Program-made: the position numbers and the translations under genes
Shown here: positions 13,023-25,893 of the stretch, piece after piece
Layout of the letters: each line of letters starts with the position of its first letter
Position numbering within the stretch: position 1 is the first letter of the stretch
Notes under the pieces: model-generated
What the model was told of the DNA's origin: nothing
Databases searched by the model: none
Seen by the model: the letters and a program-made list of their open reading frames with translations, nothing else
From: Octopus sinensis
Taxonomy: Eukaryota
Reading direction: 5' to 3'
Length of the DNA stretch: 64,000 nucleotides
Assembly (NCBI RefSeq): GCF_006345805.1
Contig: NC_042998.1
Coordinates: 103,602,001 to 103,666,000, forward strand

Positions 13023-13226
13023 ATGACCACGTGTGTATCGTTGTCAATTTTCTTTCTCCGTCTTCCCTCCCTTGGACTTTTCCTTTTTCTATATTTCTGA
13101 CGAAGAGCTCCGCTCGAAACGTTAAATCCTCCTTCTTTCTTTCCTTTCCTGAGCGTCCATTAACACTATACTCGTTCCACGTCCTCGTGTTGTTGTGTTT
13201 TCTCTTTGTTCATGTTTTTGATTAAG
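13023..13226 (+). mobile_element. Non-autonomous Penelope-like (pLTR-derived) element carrying a minimal hammerhead motif
   Basis: Lies between (CATA)n and (TA)n tracts and contains a hammerhead core. A homologous copy is on the minus strand at 21400-21610. Confidence 0.7.
13093..13127 (+). ncRNA. Minimal type I hammerhead ribozyme motif
   Basis: ATTT-CTGACGA-A-GAGC tcc GCTC-GAAA-CG-TT-AAAT: 4-bp stem I, 4-bp stem II, palindromic ACGT in place of stem III (dimer type), GUU site. Confidence 0.7.
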
Positions 13227-13275
<49 letters not shown>

Positions 13276-13331
13276 GATATATATATATATATAGATTACT
13301 ATATATTATATACATATACACATATACATAC

Positions 13332-13369
<38 letters not shown>

Positions 13370-13680
13370 GATATATACATATACAAACACGCACGCATAT
13401 ACATATTTGCATACATACAAGTATACATACATTTGCCTTTTTACTAATATTAATCATCAAGCTGGTTGACGAGTGGCATGTAAGAAAAAACTCGGTCTTT
13501 GAGTCACCTTTTACCGATTAAAAATAACAGACATACATATGCTTATGTATTGCGCTCTATCCTGTTTGTTCTGCTAAATCTACACACTCACACACTTACT
13601 CAAACATACGCACGTATGCATGTAAGAGCGTACGTTTGTATACATACATACATACATACATACATACATACATACATACA

Positions 13681-13716
<36 letters not shown>

Positions 13717-13965
13717 GCCCTTACCTGAAGGCAGGTAATATTTAGCGACAGGAAAAGCAATCGGATGTACAATAAAGCCTCTGTAATTAATATTCTTCCA
13801 ACCAATGCTAACACAGAAAATATATTGTGAATCGAACGAAGGAATACACACATGCGTACATACATACATACATACATAACATACAACATACCTACATACA
13901 TACATACATACATACATACATACATACATACATACGTACGTACATGTTTGTTTTGCAGAAATGTT

Positions 13966-14026
<61 letters not shown>

Positions 14027-14302
14027 CTGCGTATTATACACTTACTCACAAACACAAAGACCCAATCATATCGGTGTGTTTGTGCCTGAGCGTGTATTTA
14101 TGCAAATATTATGCATATCATTTAGCATTTCTATCAAATACACACGTGTATACGACTTTTGAAAATCAACTAGGCAAAAAAAAACAACCTCTCACAGGTA
14201 TATCTTGTTTATAGGGGTGTGCATGTTATAACAAGAACAAGCAAGCCTATATGAGTAGAATAATAGATACATGCAAACAAATGCATATACGTATGTATAC
14301 AT

Positions 14303-14348
<46 letters not shown>

Positions 14349-14379
14349 CACACACACACAAACATACGCACAAACATAT

Positions 14380-14421
<42 letters not shown>

Positions 14422-15700
14422 ATATACACAATATGTGTATATATATATATACATACATGCCTACATATATAGTCACATATACATCCATTGCACATACATA
14501 TATGTATATATCAATATATATGTATATATAGGTATGTATATATATATGTATATAATATATATTATATATTATATATATATATATATATATAATATATATA
14601 TATATAATATATATATATATATGTGTGTGTGTGTTATATAATTAATTAAAAAATGGAGAAAGAAACTGGACAACAGGAGAACGCAACAACGCAGGGATGT
14701 GTTACCTGGAAAGTATTAAGACGCTCAGAGAAGGATGTACATATACGTATGTGTCTGTGTGTGTGTGTGTGTAGTGACTGTGTGTGTGTGTGGTGAGTGT
14801 GTGCGCGCGTGTGTGTGTTTTGTGGAGGAGGGTGTTTGAAAAAATAAGAATTTTGTTTGTGAAGGTAGTACTGACTGTGGGGGTAGGCACGAAATATATG
14901 AGTGTCAGAAACTAAGTGGAATTGGGGTGCTTAGGTGAGTATTTTGTGCAGGGGTAACACATTTACGTGTAGTCCAGGTGCACGGTTGCGGTGAGACATA
15001 CATAGAAGCAGATGGTTGTCGCTCCGTTGAGTGAACATGTTATGTACACCCGAGCAACTGTCATTGTCACATCTCATAGACATTCACCGTACACACCCGG
15101 AAACCAGAGTAATAGCTAATTGGTCACCCGGCTCATGGTTTATCATATTAACAATGTTCTATGACGTTGAGGACAGTGGGTGGGAAATGAAGAAATAATT
15201 AATATATATATACACGTATAGAGATATATGTATGCATGCGTATGTACATAAATGTGTGTGTGCTACAGTATACATTAACACATGTATATATGCTTTTAAG
15301 TAAATAATTTATTCCTACATTCACATATATGCAAATATGTATGTGTGCATCACACTCATGCATGCACACACACGCACGCACACACACGCACACACACACA
15401 CACACTCAGACACACACAAGTAAGCACTTAGTTGCGACACAAAGTGGAGAAATATAGTACTCAAATACTCGAATATCAAAGGTAGAATAGAAGTATAAAT
15501 AAATAAATAATTTTTTTTAAAAATATATATATATATGCACACACATACATACACATACATGCATATATATATACATGTATATACATATACACATAATATT
15601 ATATATATATATATATATATATGTATGTACGTATGTATGTATGTATGTATGTGTGTATGTATGTATGTATTGACACTCACACACATACACACATGTATTG

Positions 15701-15752
<52 letters not shown>

Positions 15753-16093
15753 TAGATGAAGATAGATAGAAGATAGATAGATAAATAGATAGACAGACTG
15801 ACAGACAAACAGACAGACAGATAGATAGATAGTCTTTGCAACAATATATTCATCAATTCCCATAGTCAGATGATTAGTATAATGTCATTGTTGTTGTTAT
15901 AGTATATATTTTTCGGTGTGGATTAGTCTATGCCGCGGACGATTTGAGCTGCAGAGCAAATTATTCCACAGCAGTGAATCCACCAATGAACTTCCAGTAG
16001 AAATATGGATTTGCAGGCAATGTTCACTCATAATTATTCATAGTTATGAGCAATGAAGTAGTGTTTTAAGAATCCTTTATGATGCGATACGAG

Positions 16094-16380
16094 AGCGCTT
16101 GCCTATTGGTTAGGATGTTGCACTCACAATCTTAAGGTCGTGGTTTCTATCCCCAGACCCGATGGTACGTTCTGTTCTGTTCTTGAACAAAACACTTCAT
16201 TTCACGTTGCTCTTCGATAACTTCGACTTCAGACATTTGGCACACTGTAGACGCGTAACAGCAATACCGATTTGATGGAGGGAGTCAGATTATGTGCAAC
16301 ACAAACATTTGTTCGCCATAAAGAAATCATCTCTGCTGGTTGTTCAGCAAGAAAATTGCAGAACCGTCATTCTTGAACTA
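16094..16380 (+). mobile_element. Degenerate CORE-like SINE related to family C
   Basis: tRNA-like head, then gttcttgaacaaaacacttcatttcacgttgctc. Confidence 0.65.
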
Positions 16381-19034
16381 GAGAGACTACCATTAAAAAC
16401 AATTTAAGTTGCGATATGTGGAAGTTAAGAAACAGTTATTCTCCGTTGTTTAACTTGCAAGTCATCCTTAGCCCACTTTACTTCATAATCAAACTTTTTC
16501 TAGTGGTGATCATCTTGTCATCTGTCTTCAACCACAATGCACATAAGAACGCATTTTCGAAAATGTCTTTCTCTCTTTTTGAAGAATGTGACATATGCTT
16601 CGAAACACATTTATTTGACTAGCATTTCATTGGCTGGTGATTTTAGTTGTAAACAATTTCGAGTTTGTCAGAGACCAGAAAAACCAACTACAGTTTCACA
16701 AAATGATATGATTAGCCAATAATATTGAGCATATTAAATTATTCAATCTTGCATTACATGGGAGAGAACTTAATATAATTATAAAATCTTTGTATAAGAA
16801 ATATTATAAAATAGTGGCACTTCAGAGAATGAATTGAATCGGCGAGTCTTACAATTATGATATAACGTTAATCAAATGTTTGTGTAGAGATAAAGTTGAG
16901 CTGGTATTATAACGAAGGATATAATTGAGATTTATTGTCAGAATATCTAAAGTATTTACTAGAAATGTCATTTAGATAGTTACTTGTCGTTGTATCATTG
17001 AATATAAACACAACCTGTCATTTTAAAAACCAATGGATAGAAATAGGCGAAGATATACTATATGTGAATGAAGACGGCTCAACTAGACCTGACTGGACTA
17101 AGAAACCAATACAACTGAAAAGTTAAATAAAACTTAAAACTTCAACTGGGATATAATACTATTTATATTCGCGCTATATTTAAAAAAAAAAATTATTGTG
17201 TTAAAATGGCGGCCTTGTCAGCCTCAGATATGTGTGCTTTCATTATAACACACTTGTGATAGTGTAAATAAAAGAAACATTGGGCAAATATACGTTTTAA
17301 GCAGACTTTGATATATTAGCTTTTAACAGATACATATTTCATGATTAACTTTAAATTTGTTAAAAAGATTTCATAAATAAGGATATTTGCTCTGAAGTGT
17401 TTCAAAGGAATAACAGGAAATCATGATCAAAAATGAAAGTTTTAAGTGATATTGGAAAGCCACGAATGCATTAATTATGATTTAGAACCTAATTTAGTAT
17501 AAAAAATTTATCAAAATAAAAAAATAAAATAAAATAAACAACTAAAACCCATCAACTAACAAACAAGGAAAATATGAATTACTTTAAAACGTAAATCAAA
17601 TTTTAGAGGTGATAGATTCGTGTTGGCAATTAATTAGTAAATAAATAAATAAATAACTGAAGGAGAGTGGAAAAGTAAGAAGAAAATAATGAACGAGAGT
17701 GAGTGGGGACAGACAGAGAGTGTGGTATGTTATAGAGGGGAAGAAAGAGAGAAAAGAAAGAAAGGAGAAAGAAAATGGAAGAAAAATGATAAATGATAGC
17801 GATTTGCGGTAAATATACATTTATTAGTGGGTAGAAAGATATAAACACCCGGAGAAATATTCCGAAGTGTGATAAATTATATACAATTATTACTTAAACT
17901 GAATATTTTAAACGTAATAAATATGCCTGGTAAATAGTTTAGAAATACTAATTCATAAATAATTTTCTAACATAGGCCTCAAACTTAATAATTCATCAAT
18001 ATTGGACGTTAATGGATTTAATTGGGATAATTAAATATGTACGTAAGTAAGAATGTGTGTTTATACATATATGTAAGTGTATAAACATATGCACGTTTCT
18101 GTATCCGCTTGTCACGTACACATACTTACACTTTACAAGCACACATAATTTTGTGTATATGATGAGAATATAAAATGAAGAAGCCATATGATTATAGTAG
18201 GTGGAAACGGCGGCAAAACAACTTGCTGTATTTAGTTACTTCTGTTTACTTTCTGAGGTCAAATCTCACCATGGTTGATCTACTATTTCATCCTATCGAA
18301 AACATTTTTTTAAAAAATGCCTATAGCGTATTTGTGATGAGACGATACATCTAGCTTGTTACCTTTGTGCACATACTTAAATTCTATATATAATTCTATT
18401 TGCGAATGAAATTACGAAGCAACATTCCCTGTTTAGTTACGTCCTGAAGTAATGAAAAGTGTTAAATATTATGTATACACAGAACAGGAAGCACCAAAAC
18501 CTCTTATGTATAAATTCATTCTGAAACTGTTTCGGCATGCTTGACTTAAACATGGCTTTTCACTGATTTATTTCGTCTTCAGAGAATTCCTTCTCTCTTT
18601 AAATGATACGTATAATCAACACACTTTCACCACATTGACATTATTGGAATGAGTGTGTAAACACTGTTAAACCAGTGCGTTGTTTAGACATTTCGTGCAA
18701 CTAAAAGAAGGAGGCATTCTACCAATATAGAATCCAACAGCAAAAAGTCATCTTCACGTCTGTGTTCTGCGGAAATGTGTTAAGAATAGGCGAATGTACA
18801 TATTAGATATTCTAATCCTAAGTATAACTATAAAGTGACAGATGGCCATGGATGGAATGCCTTTGATATTTGGCCTGCTTGATCTGGACCAATCTGGCGC
18901 TAAATAATATTAGAACAACCAATAGTAGTTTTCATTAAAACTAACAGATCTCTCGATTTAGACCTGTGGCATTCTGTCAACATCATTGTTTCCATTTCGA
19001 ACCAGGAAAGAAGAGGTATAATTAGTGTCACCAC

Positions 19035-19100
<66 letters not shown>

Positions 19101-19777
19101 CACACACACACACACACACGAGGTAAATACGACGGTATGGCTGCATTCAGTATACATACTGATGTACCTGTTAGATATTTTGATAGAGATATTTCATAAC
19201 TCTACTGATATAAATCAGCCTAATGTTTCTTACAGCTTTTGGATTATTATTTAAGTGAACAAAGTATCATGGCTGGGCAGATAGGTTGGAAAGATAATAA
19301 AAAAACACTCGATAATATTTTAACGGGCGCCATGTTTCTCAGATTACATCTTTCTATTGTTGACTTACCTTTGGATATAAATATCAGTAATATTTCAATT
19401 GCCAGGCCTTTTACGTAGAAAAAACAAACAATGTATGAAATATTGGAGTGTTGGTGGTGATAATAACAAATAAAAGAGAACATAAAAAGTACGTCAGGCC
19501 ATCAACTCTGGAGAATTGCTTATTCTGTTATAATCATTGGAGGTCGGGAGAGTAAAATAATAATGATACATATCGTAGGTATAGGTTCAAATTCTGCGGG
19601 GCCTCATTATTTGGGTGGCACTTTACTCTATCGATCCTGACATAAAGATGGACAAATCGAATTTAACAAGATTTCAGCTGAATATGTAATGTAGTTTAAC
19701 TTGGCTAAATACGACAAAAAGCATTGTCGATGCTTTAACATTCTACCTATCTACTGCTTTATCAATATACATATATG

Positions 19778-19855
<78 letters not shown>

Positions 19856-19889
19856 ATATTATATTATATATATATATATATTATATAGA

Positions 19890-19928
<39 letters not shown>

Positions 19929-19974
19929 GAATATATATATATCTATATATATATATATATATACATATACAACT

Positions 19975-20272
19975 AATGTAGGATAAAATTTTTTTCGAAA
20001 AAAAATAAGTACTTAGGTCTGCTCAGGACTTAGTGCTTGCTTTTTCCATGGGTATGAGTAAGTATTTCATTTATGTCTTACTATTTATCGCTGAAGAGGC
20101 GAAAATTCTTATGAATTAAACCCGAAATTGGGACCAATACAGTAATAACGGATTTTTTAGAAATTTCTTTGTCTTGTTTCGAGACGAATAAATCATAATG
20201 GATATTGACAATTTTGTCTTTTTTTCGGCATATTTGGCATTAGAATTTTTCTTTTACCCTTATTTTATAAGT
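19975..20272 (+). mobile_element. (TA)n-embedded element carrying a hammerhead motif (Penelope-like remnant)
   Basis: About 300 bp of unique sequence bounded on both sides by (TA)n, containing the motif at 20085-20145. Confidence 0.6.
20085..20145 (+). ncRNA. Type I hammerhead ribozyme motif
   Basis: TTATCG-CTGAAGA-GG cgaa AATTC ttat GAATT aaac CC-GAAA-TTG ggac CAA-TA-CAGTAA: intact core, stem III ATTG/CAAT, AUA site, 5 of 6 stem I pairs. Confidence 0.7.
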
Positions 20273-20655
20273 TATATATATATTATATATATATATATAT
20301 ATATACGTATTGAAATCAACGTTGCGTTTCAGTTTATAGCGTATTCTTCACAAGTTTGTTCCCATTCTGGAGGTAATATTGTAACTTATTAGTAACCGTT
20401 AACTTCAAAGTTTGCATTCTTTCTTTTTTTCTTTTTTTTTTCTTGATATTTTTTTGTATTTTATTTTTGAAAATGCATTTTCTGTTTGTTTTCAAGTAAA
20501 CTCTCTAAATGTTTTTAAAGAATCATGAATGACAAAAGATGGATATATAGCGTAAATATTGAAAGCATATTTTTAAACCGTATAAAATTTGTGTTGTTGT
20601 ATACAAATAAATGGGAAACTCTTAACCATTAAGATAGCAATATATATATAGCACA

Positions 20656-21036
20656 GGGGGGCGAACTGGCAGGAGCGTTAGCACACCGAGCGAAATGCTT
20701 AGCGGTATTTCATCGGCCGCTACGTTCTGAGTTCAAATTCCGCCGAGGTCGACTTTGCCTTTCATCCTTTCGGGGTCGATTAAATAAGTACCAGTTACGC
20801 ACTGTGGTCGATATAATCGACTTAATCCGTTTGTCTGTCCTTGTTTGTCCTCTCTGTGTTTAGCCCTTTTTGGGTAGTAAAGAAATAGAAATAGGTATTT
20901 CGTCTGTCTTTACGTTCTGAATTCAAATTCCGCCGAAGTCGACTTTGCCTTTCATCCTTTCGGGGTCGATGTAATCGACTGGCCCCCTCCCTCCCACAAA
21001 AAAAATTCGAGCTTTGTGCCTAGAGTAGAAAAGAAT
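20656..21036 (+). mobile_element. Tandem SINE family A pair (long-tail copy plus 5'-truncated short-tail copy)
   Basis: Two successive cores gttcaaattccgccga(g/a)gtcgactttgcctttcatcctttcggggtcgat at about 20730 and 20920, with different 3' tails. Confidence 0.9.
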
Positions 21037-21346
21037 ATGTATATAGCACTTAAAACCAGATCAGTAAGCCTTGCGCAGTTCATCAAGTCTCATAAAATAA
21101 AACCATAATAAGAAGTACGTATTTATTCAAACATGGCTACCCTTTCTGAGAAAATCCAAAATTTGCCCGAAAAAATATTTGAATATCCGCAGCAACCTTC
21201 TTCTTTACGATAGATATGAAGGGGAAAACTTTGTGAATTGCATTAAAATACCATGCGTTGAATGGTAGAAAACGATTTGGCAGAAAATGATAGCACCATA
21301 ATATCGATCGCATAAAATGATATCATATATGATCTATATATATATA

Positions 21347-21399
<53 letters not shown>

Positions 21400-21402
<3 letters not shown>

Positions 21403-21610
21403 GTTAGTGCGCCAATATGAAAACACAAAAGAAACAACACAACGCGAGGACGTGGAACAAGTATAGTGTTATTGGACGCTCAGGAAGGAAAGAATGAAGA
21501 AGGATTTAACGTTTCGAGCGGAGCTCTTCGTCGGAAACTTAGAAAAAGGAAAGATCCAAGGAAAGGAAGACAGAGGAAAAACAATCGCTAGCGATACACA
21601 CGTGGTCATA
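21400..21610 (-). mobile_element. Second copy of the 13023-13226 hammerhead-bearing element
   Basis: The reverse complement reads atgaccacgtgtgtatcg...gtttCCGACGAagagctccgctcGAAAcgttaaat...gagcgtccaataacactatac. The core has a U4-to-C change; flanked by (TA)n. Confidence 0.85.
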
Positions 21611-22237
21611 TATTGAATATATATATATATATATATATATAATCGTGTAAATTAAGTTCAATAGCCTTGGCACACTCATTGATATTATATAAGTGTATAT
21701 ATTCCTTTAAAAATTTGATCTGTAAATCTTGATTCGCAATCGATACAGTAAGTGATATGCAACGTAATTCGGGGAGATATGACATCAAAAATAGTCAAAT
21801 AGCACATGGAACTATTTCAGCTGTTGAAGCAATAAATCATCTTAGAAATATAAAAACATTATTTTGTTTGTTTTTGGAAATATCTTTGACTGTACGTTTA
21901 ATCGATCGAGTCAATCATTTACTTAATGAATCAATCAATCAGAGAATTAATTGTTCTATAGATAGCAATGTTAATTAAGTATATATTTTTTTCTACAATC
22001 GACCATCAGTGGAAATATTAATTAGCTTTGAGTTTCAATTATATTTAAGTATTAATTACTATAGATTTTGTCATAAAGGCCTCAACATTATTCGATACTA
22101 AAATAATACTCTTAGTATATAAAAAGATGTGACAAAATAAGTGTATGTGTGTGCGTTTGTGCGTGCGTGCGTGTGTGTGTGTGTGTGTGTGCGCGCGCGC
22201 GTGCATGCATGCGTGCGTGTGTATGTGTGTGTATTAG

Positions 22238-22378
22238 CGTGGTAAGAAGTTTCCTATTCAACCAGATGGTTCTGTGGCACCTTCGGCGAGTGTCTTCCAC
22301 TTCGGCAAGTGTCTCGGGCCGACCAAAACCTTGTGGGCGGATTTGACAAAAGGAAACCGAAACTAACCCGTCGTATAT
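22238..22378 (+). mobile_element. Partial SINE family B
   Basis: gtggtaagaagtttcctattcaaccagatggttc...gggccgaccaaaaccttgtgggcggatttg. Confidence 0.7.
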
Positions 22379-22402
22379 TATGTTGTATGCATGTATGTGC
22401 AT

Positions 22403-22466
<64 letters not shown>

Positions 22467-22528
22467 TATCCATTATTCTTTGACATTTCAAGCCTCCTCT
22501 TGACAGAAAGAGGATGGGAGGAAAGCAA

Positions 22529-22570
<42 letters not shown>

Positions 22571-22636
22571 CAGAGAGACAAAGTATTGATCAATTTAATG
22601 AAATTACTTATATATATATATATATGTATATATATT

Positions 22637-23040
22637 GTGTGGTAAGTAGCTTGCTAACCAACCACATGGTTCCGGGTTCAGTCCCACTGCGTGGCATCTT
22701 GGGCAAGTGTCTTCTGCTATAGCCCCGGGCCGATCAATGCCTTGTGAGTGGATTTGGTAGACGGAAACTGAAAGAAGCCTGTCGTATATATGTATATATA
22801 TATATATATAAGTGTGTGTGTATATGTTTGTGTGTCTGTGTTTGTCCCCCTAGCATTGCTTGACAACCGATGCTGGTGTGTTTACGTCCCCGTCACTTAG
22901 CGGTTCGGCAAAAGAGACCGATAGAATAAGTACTGGGCTTACAAAGAATAAGTCCCGGGGGTCGATTTGCTCGACTAAAGGCGGTGCTGCAGCATGGCCG
23001 CAGTCAAATGACTGAAACAAGTAAAAAGGTAAAAGAGAGA
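22637..23040 (+). mobile_element. tRNA-derived SINE family B (internal TA/TG microsatellite, (GTAAAAGA) tail)
   Basis: gtgtggtaagtagcttgc...ggttcagtccc...ttgggcaagtgtctt...; nearly identical to 38238-38646. Confidence 0.9.
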
Positions 23041-23080
<40 letters not shown>

Positions 23081-23160
23081 TACGTAATATATATATACAT
23101 ATATATACGTACGTATGTATGCATGTGTACACATAAAAACATGCACATACATATATATAT

Positions 23161-23460
23161 GTAATTACTGGGGCCCTGGGATATGTAACACACTGCCTAA
23201 ACACCAATCTTGAGAAATTAGGCAAGTCAAAACCAGAAACGAGAAATCTAATTCGAAGACTACAGATCCAATCTATCACTGGAACTGTAAAATCTGTTAA
23301 ACTTTCCATACTTACATTCATACATACATACAGACAGACAGACATGCATACATACAAACAAAAATACCGTCTTGTTGATACTAAATTTCCAATGAACCGG
23401 TGCTTTCTCTATTGGCAAGAAATCTTGAAATAAACTGAATAATGACATACGTACATACAC
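23161..23460 (+). mobile_element. 3' fragment of R4/Dong-type LINE (same family as 3270-3672)
   Basis: VITGALGYVTHCLNTNLEKLGKSKPETRNLIRRLQIQSITGTVK, shared 3'UTR tttctctattggcaagaaatcttgaaa, ends in (CATA)n. Confidence 0.85.
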
Positions 23461-23851
23461 AATGGGCTTCTGCATGGTTTTCGTACACCAAATTCCACTC
23501 GCAAAGTATTGATCCGTCAATGGCTATAGTGATAGACGCATGACAAAGTGTGTTGTTGTTGTTTTTGTTGTTCAACTCTGGCTCACACCTAATCGAGTAG
23601 TGCTATGCATAAATATAGACTAACCTTGATGTACCTGTCTTTTTCCTACATGAAAGAAGACTGAGAGAACTATCTAATGCGTCCTTCACTGACACATTCG
23701 GTTATGATTTGAGAAAAAAATTGATTACTATTTCTTGCAGAACAAATTACCGCATAGAAACACACTCATTATTCGGTTCTGGCATCATAGCCAACGATCC
23801 AAAACGTACAAACTTATTGAAGGTGGAGCGCTCTGGTAGTGATTCGGGAAC

Positions 23852-23917
<66 letters not shown>

Positions 23918-23967
23918 TGTGTGTGTATGTGTGTGTGCGTGTGTGTATAATTATAATATTTATTGAA

Positions 23968-24124
23968 ATCGGTGAGCTAGTAAAATTTGGACACCGGACA
24001 AAATGCTTAGTGGTATTTTGTTCGTCTTTATGTTCTAAGTTCAAATTCCGTCGAGGTCAATTTTGCCTTTCATCTTTTTGGGGTTCAATAAAAATAAGTA
24101 CAAGTTGAGTAGTAGGATCGATGT
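23968..24124 (+). mobile_element. SINE family A
   Basis: Family A head and core. Confidence 0.8.
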
Positions 24125-24537
24125 ACGTGAATATATTTAGTTTTGCGGAGTCTCAGATGCGCCATCACTCACTAAGTCTGATGTAAACCGATTTTTTCCA
24201 GGAGAGAAGTAGATGGAAAATGTAAGAAAAAAGGGAAGAAAGAGAAAAAAGTGACGAGAAGAACTGAACCCAGTTGGAGTACGGGTAATTTATAAATCTC
24301 GGAATATATGAAAGTCAATCAAAAGTAATTTCTACTCGTGCATTCTCTAGTTATGCACGTAACAATTTAGATATGTATTTGATATAAATTTCTTTACTTA
24401 AAATTTTTTTTTTCCACTTTAGACCAATCATGTAAATCTTGTTTCGAAGCACAACTAATATACCATTTGTAATAATAACCATTGACATGTCTGATTGTTA
24501 CTGCAATGCATAGACAAATACATAACTATTACATACA

Positions 24538-24741
24538 TTCTTTTCTACTCAAGGCACAAGGCCAGAAATTTTTGGAGAGGCGGGGGCAGTCGATTAGATC
24601 GACCTCAGTACGCAACTGGTACTTAATTTATCGACCCCGAAAGGATGAAAGGCAAAGTCGACCTAGGCGGAATTTGAACTCATAACGTAAAGACAAACGA
24701 AATAACGCCCAGTGTACTAACGTTTCTGCCAGCTCGCCTCC
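24538..24741 (-). mobile_element. SINE family A
   Basis: Reverse complement of family A: tcgaccccgaaaggatgaaaggcaaagtcgacc...gaatttgaactc. Confidence 0.9.
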
Positions 24742-24872
24742 TATGACTATTACCTACATTAAACTACTATGTCGCATATTGCTTCGAATTTCATACTTCC
24801 TTTCTACATGGACGTTTAATCTGACATTTCTGACGATCCTGATTTATTATATTTTCAATGTTATTTGATGAG

Positions 24873-25199
24873 AGTTCATGGCTCGATGGTTAGAGCGTCG
24901 GGTTCACAATCATGAGGAAGTGAGTTCCATTCCCAGACCGGGTTGTGTGTTGCTCTTAAGCAAGGCACTTTATTTCGTGCTACCCCAGTTCTTTCAAGTG
25001 TAGAAATCAGTTGCGACACCACTGGTGCTAAGCTGTATCGGCATTTGCCATTCCCTTGGATTACATCGGTGGCGTGGTGAGGTGAGGCTGGTATGCATGG
25101 GCGACTGCTGATCTTCCATAAATAACCTTACCCGGACTTTTGTCTCGGAGGGGAACTTTCTAGGCGCAATCCTACGGTCATCATGACCGAAGGGGATCT
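24873..25199 (+). mobile_element. CORE-like SINE family C
   Basis: catggctcgatggttagagcgtcg head; colinear with 5236-5570. Confidence 0.85.
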
Positions 25200-25719
25200 T
25201 CAACTTTCTCTATGTTATTTACGCTCTATTACGTTTGATGTTCAAATAGACCTCGATTAATTTCATAGATTCGACTTCACACCTTCTCCAAAGTATGTGG
25301 TCTTAATTTGACTTGATGATAGTAAGAATACCATGCCCACAAGTGTAGTTAGATCCGAAGCTAAATGAAATAAAGTAAACGTACAAGATGCATTTATATA
25401 TATATATTATATATATAATATATATATATATATATTATATATATAAAACACACACACACATATATATATACATATGAATAATGTATATACAGTTATATAT
25501 ATGTATTACTTTCTCTCCTTCTCTCAATATATATGGGTATGTATTTATAATATATATATATGTGTGAGTGCACATACATACATACACATACAAGCACTCA
25601 CGTACACTCATACGCGCACGCGCAGATATATGTAATAAGCTCATCTAGACCCCTTGACAGGAGGTGCTCCAGTTTTGTTTTGAAACCACCTACATCCACG
25701 CCATGCAGGTCTCTCAGGC

Positions 25720-25750
<31 letters not shown>

Positions 25751-25851
25751 TATATATATATATATATATATAGATATATACATATATATATATATATATA
25801 TATTATATTATACACATACATATATACATATTATATATATATACATATATC

Positions 25852-25893
<42 letters not shown>

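Noticed and set aside
18518-18590. Minus-strand CTGAAGA...GAAA with a 5-bp stem I
   Set aside because: The base of stem II and stem III do not pair; compatible with chance.
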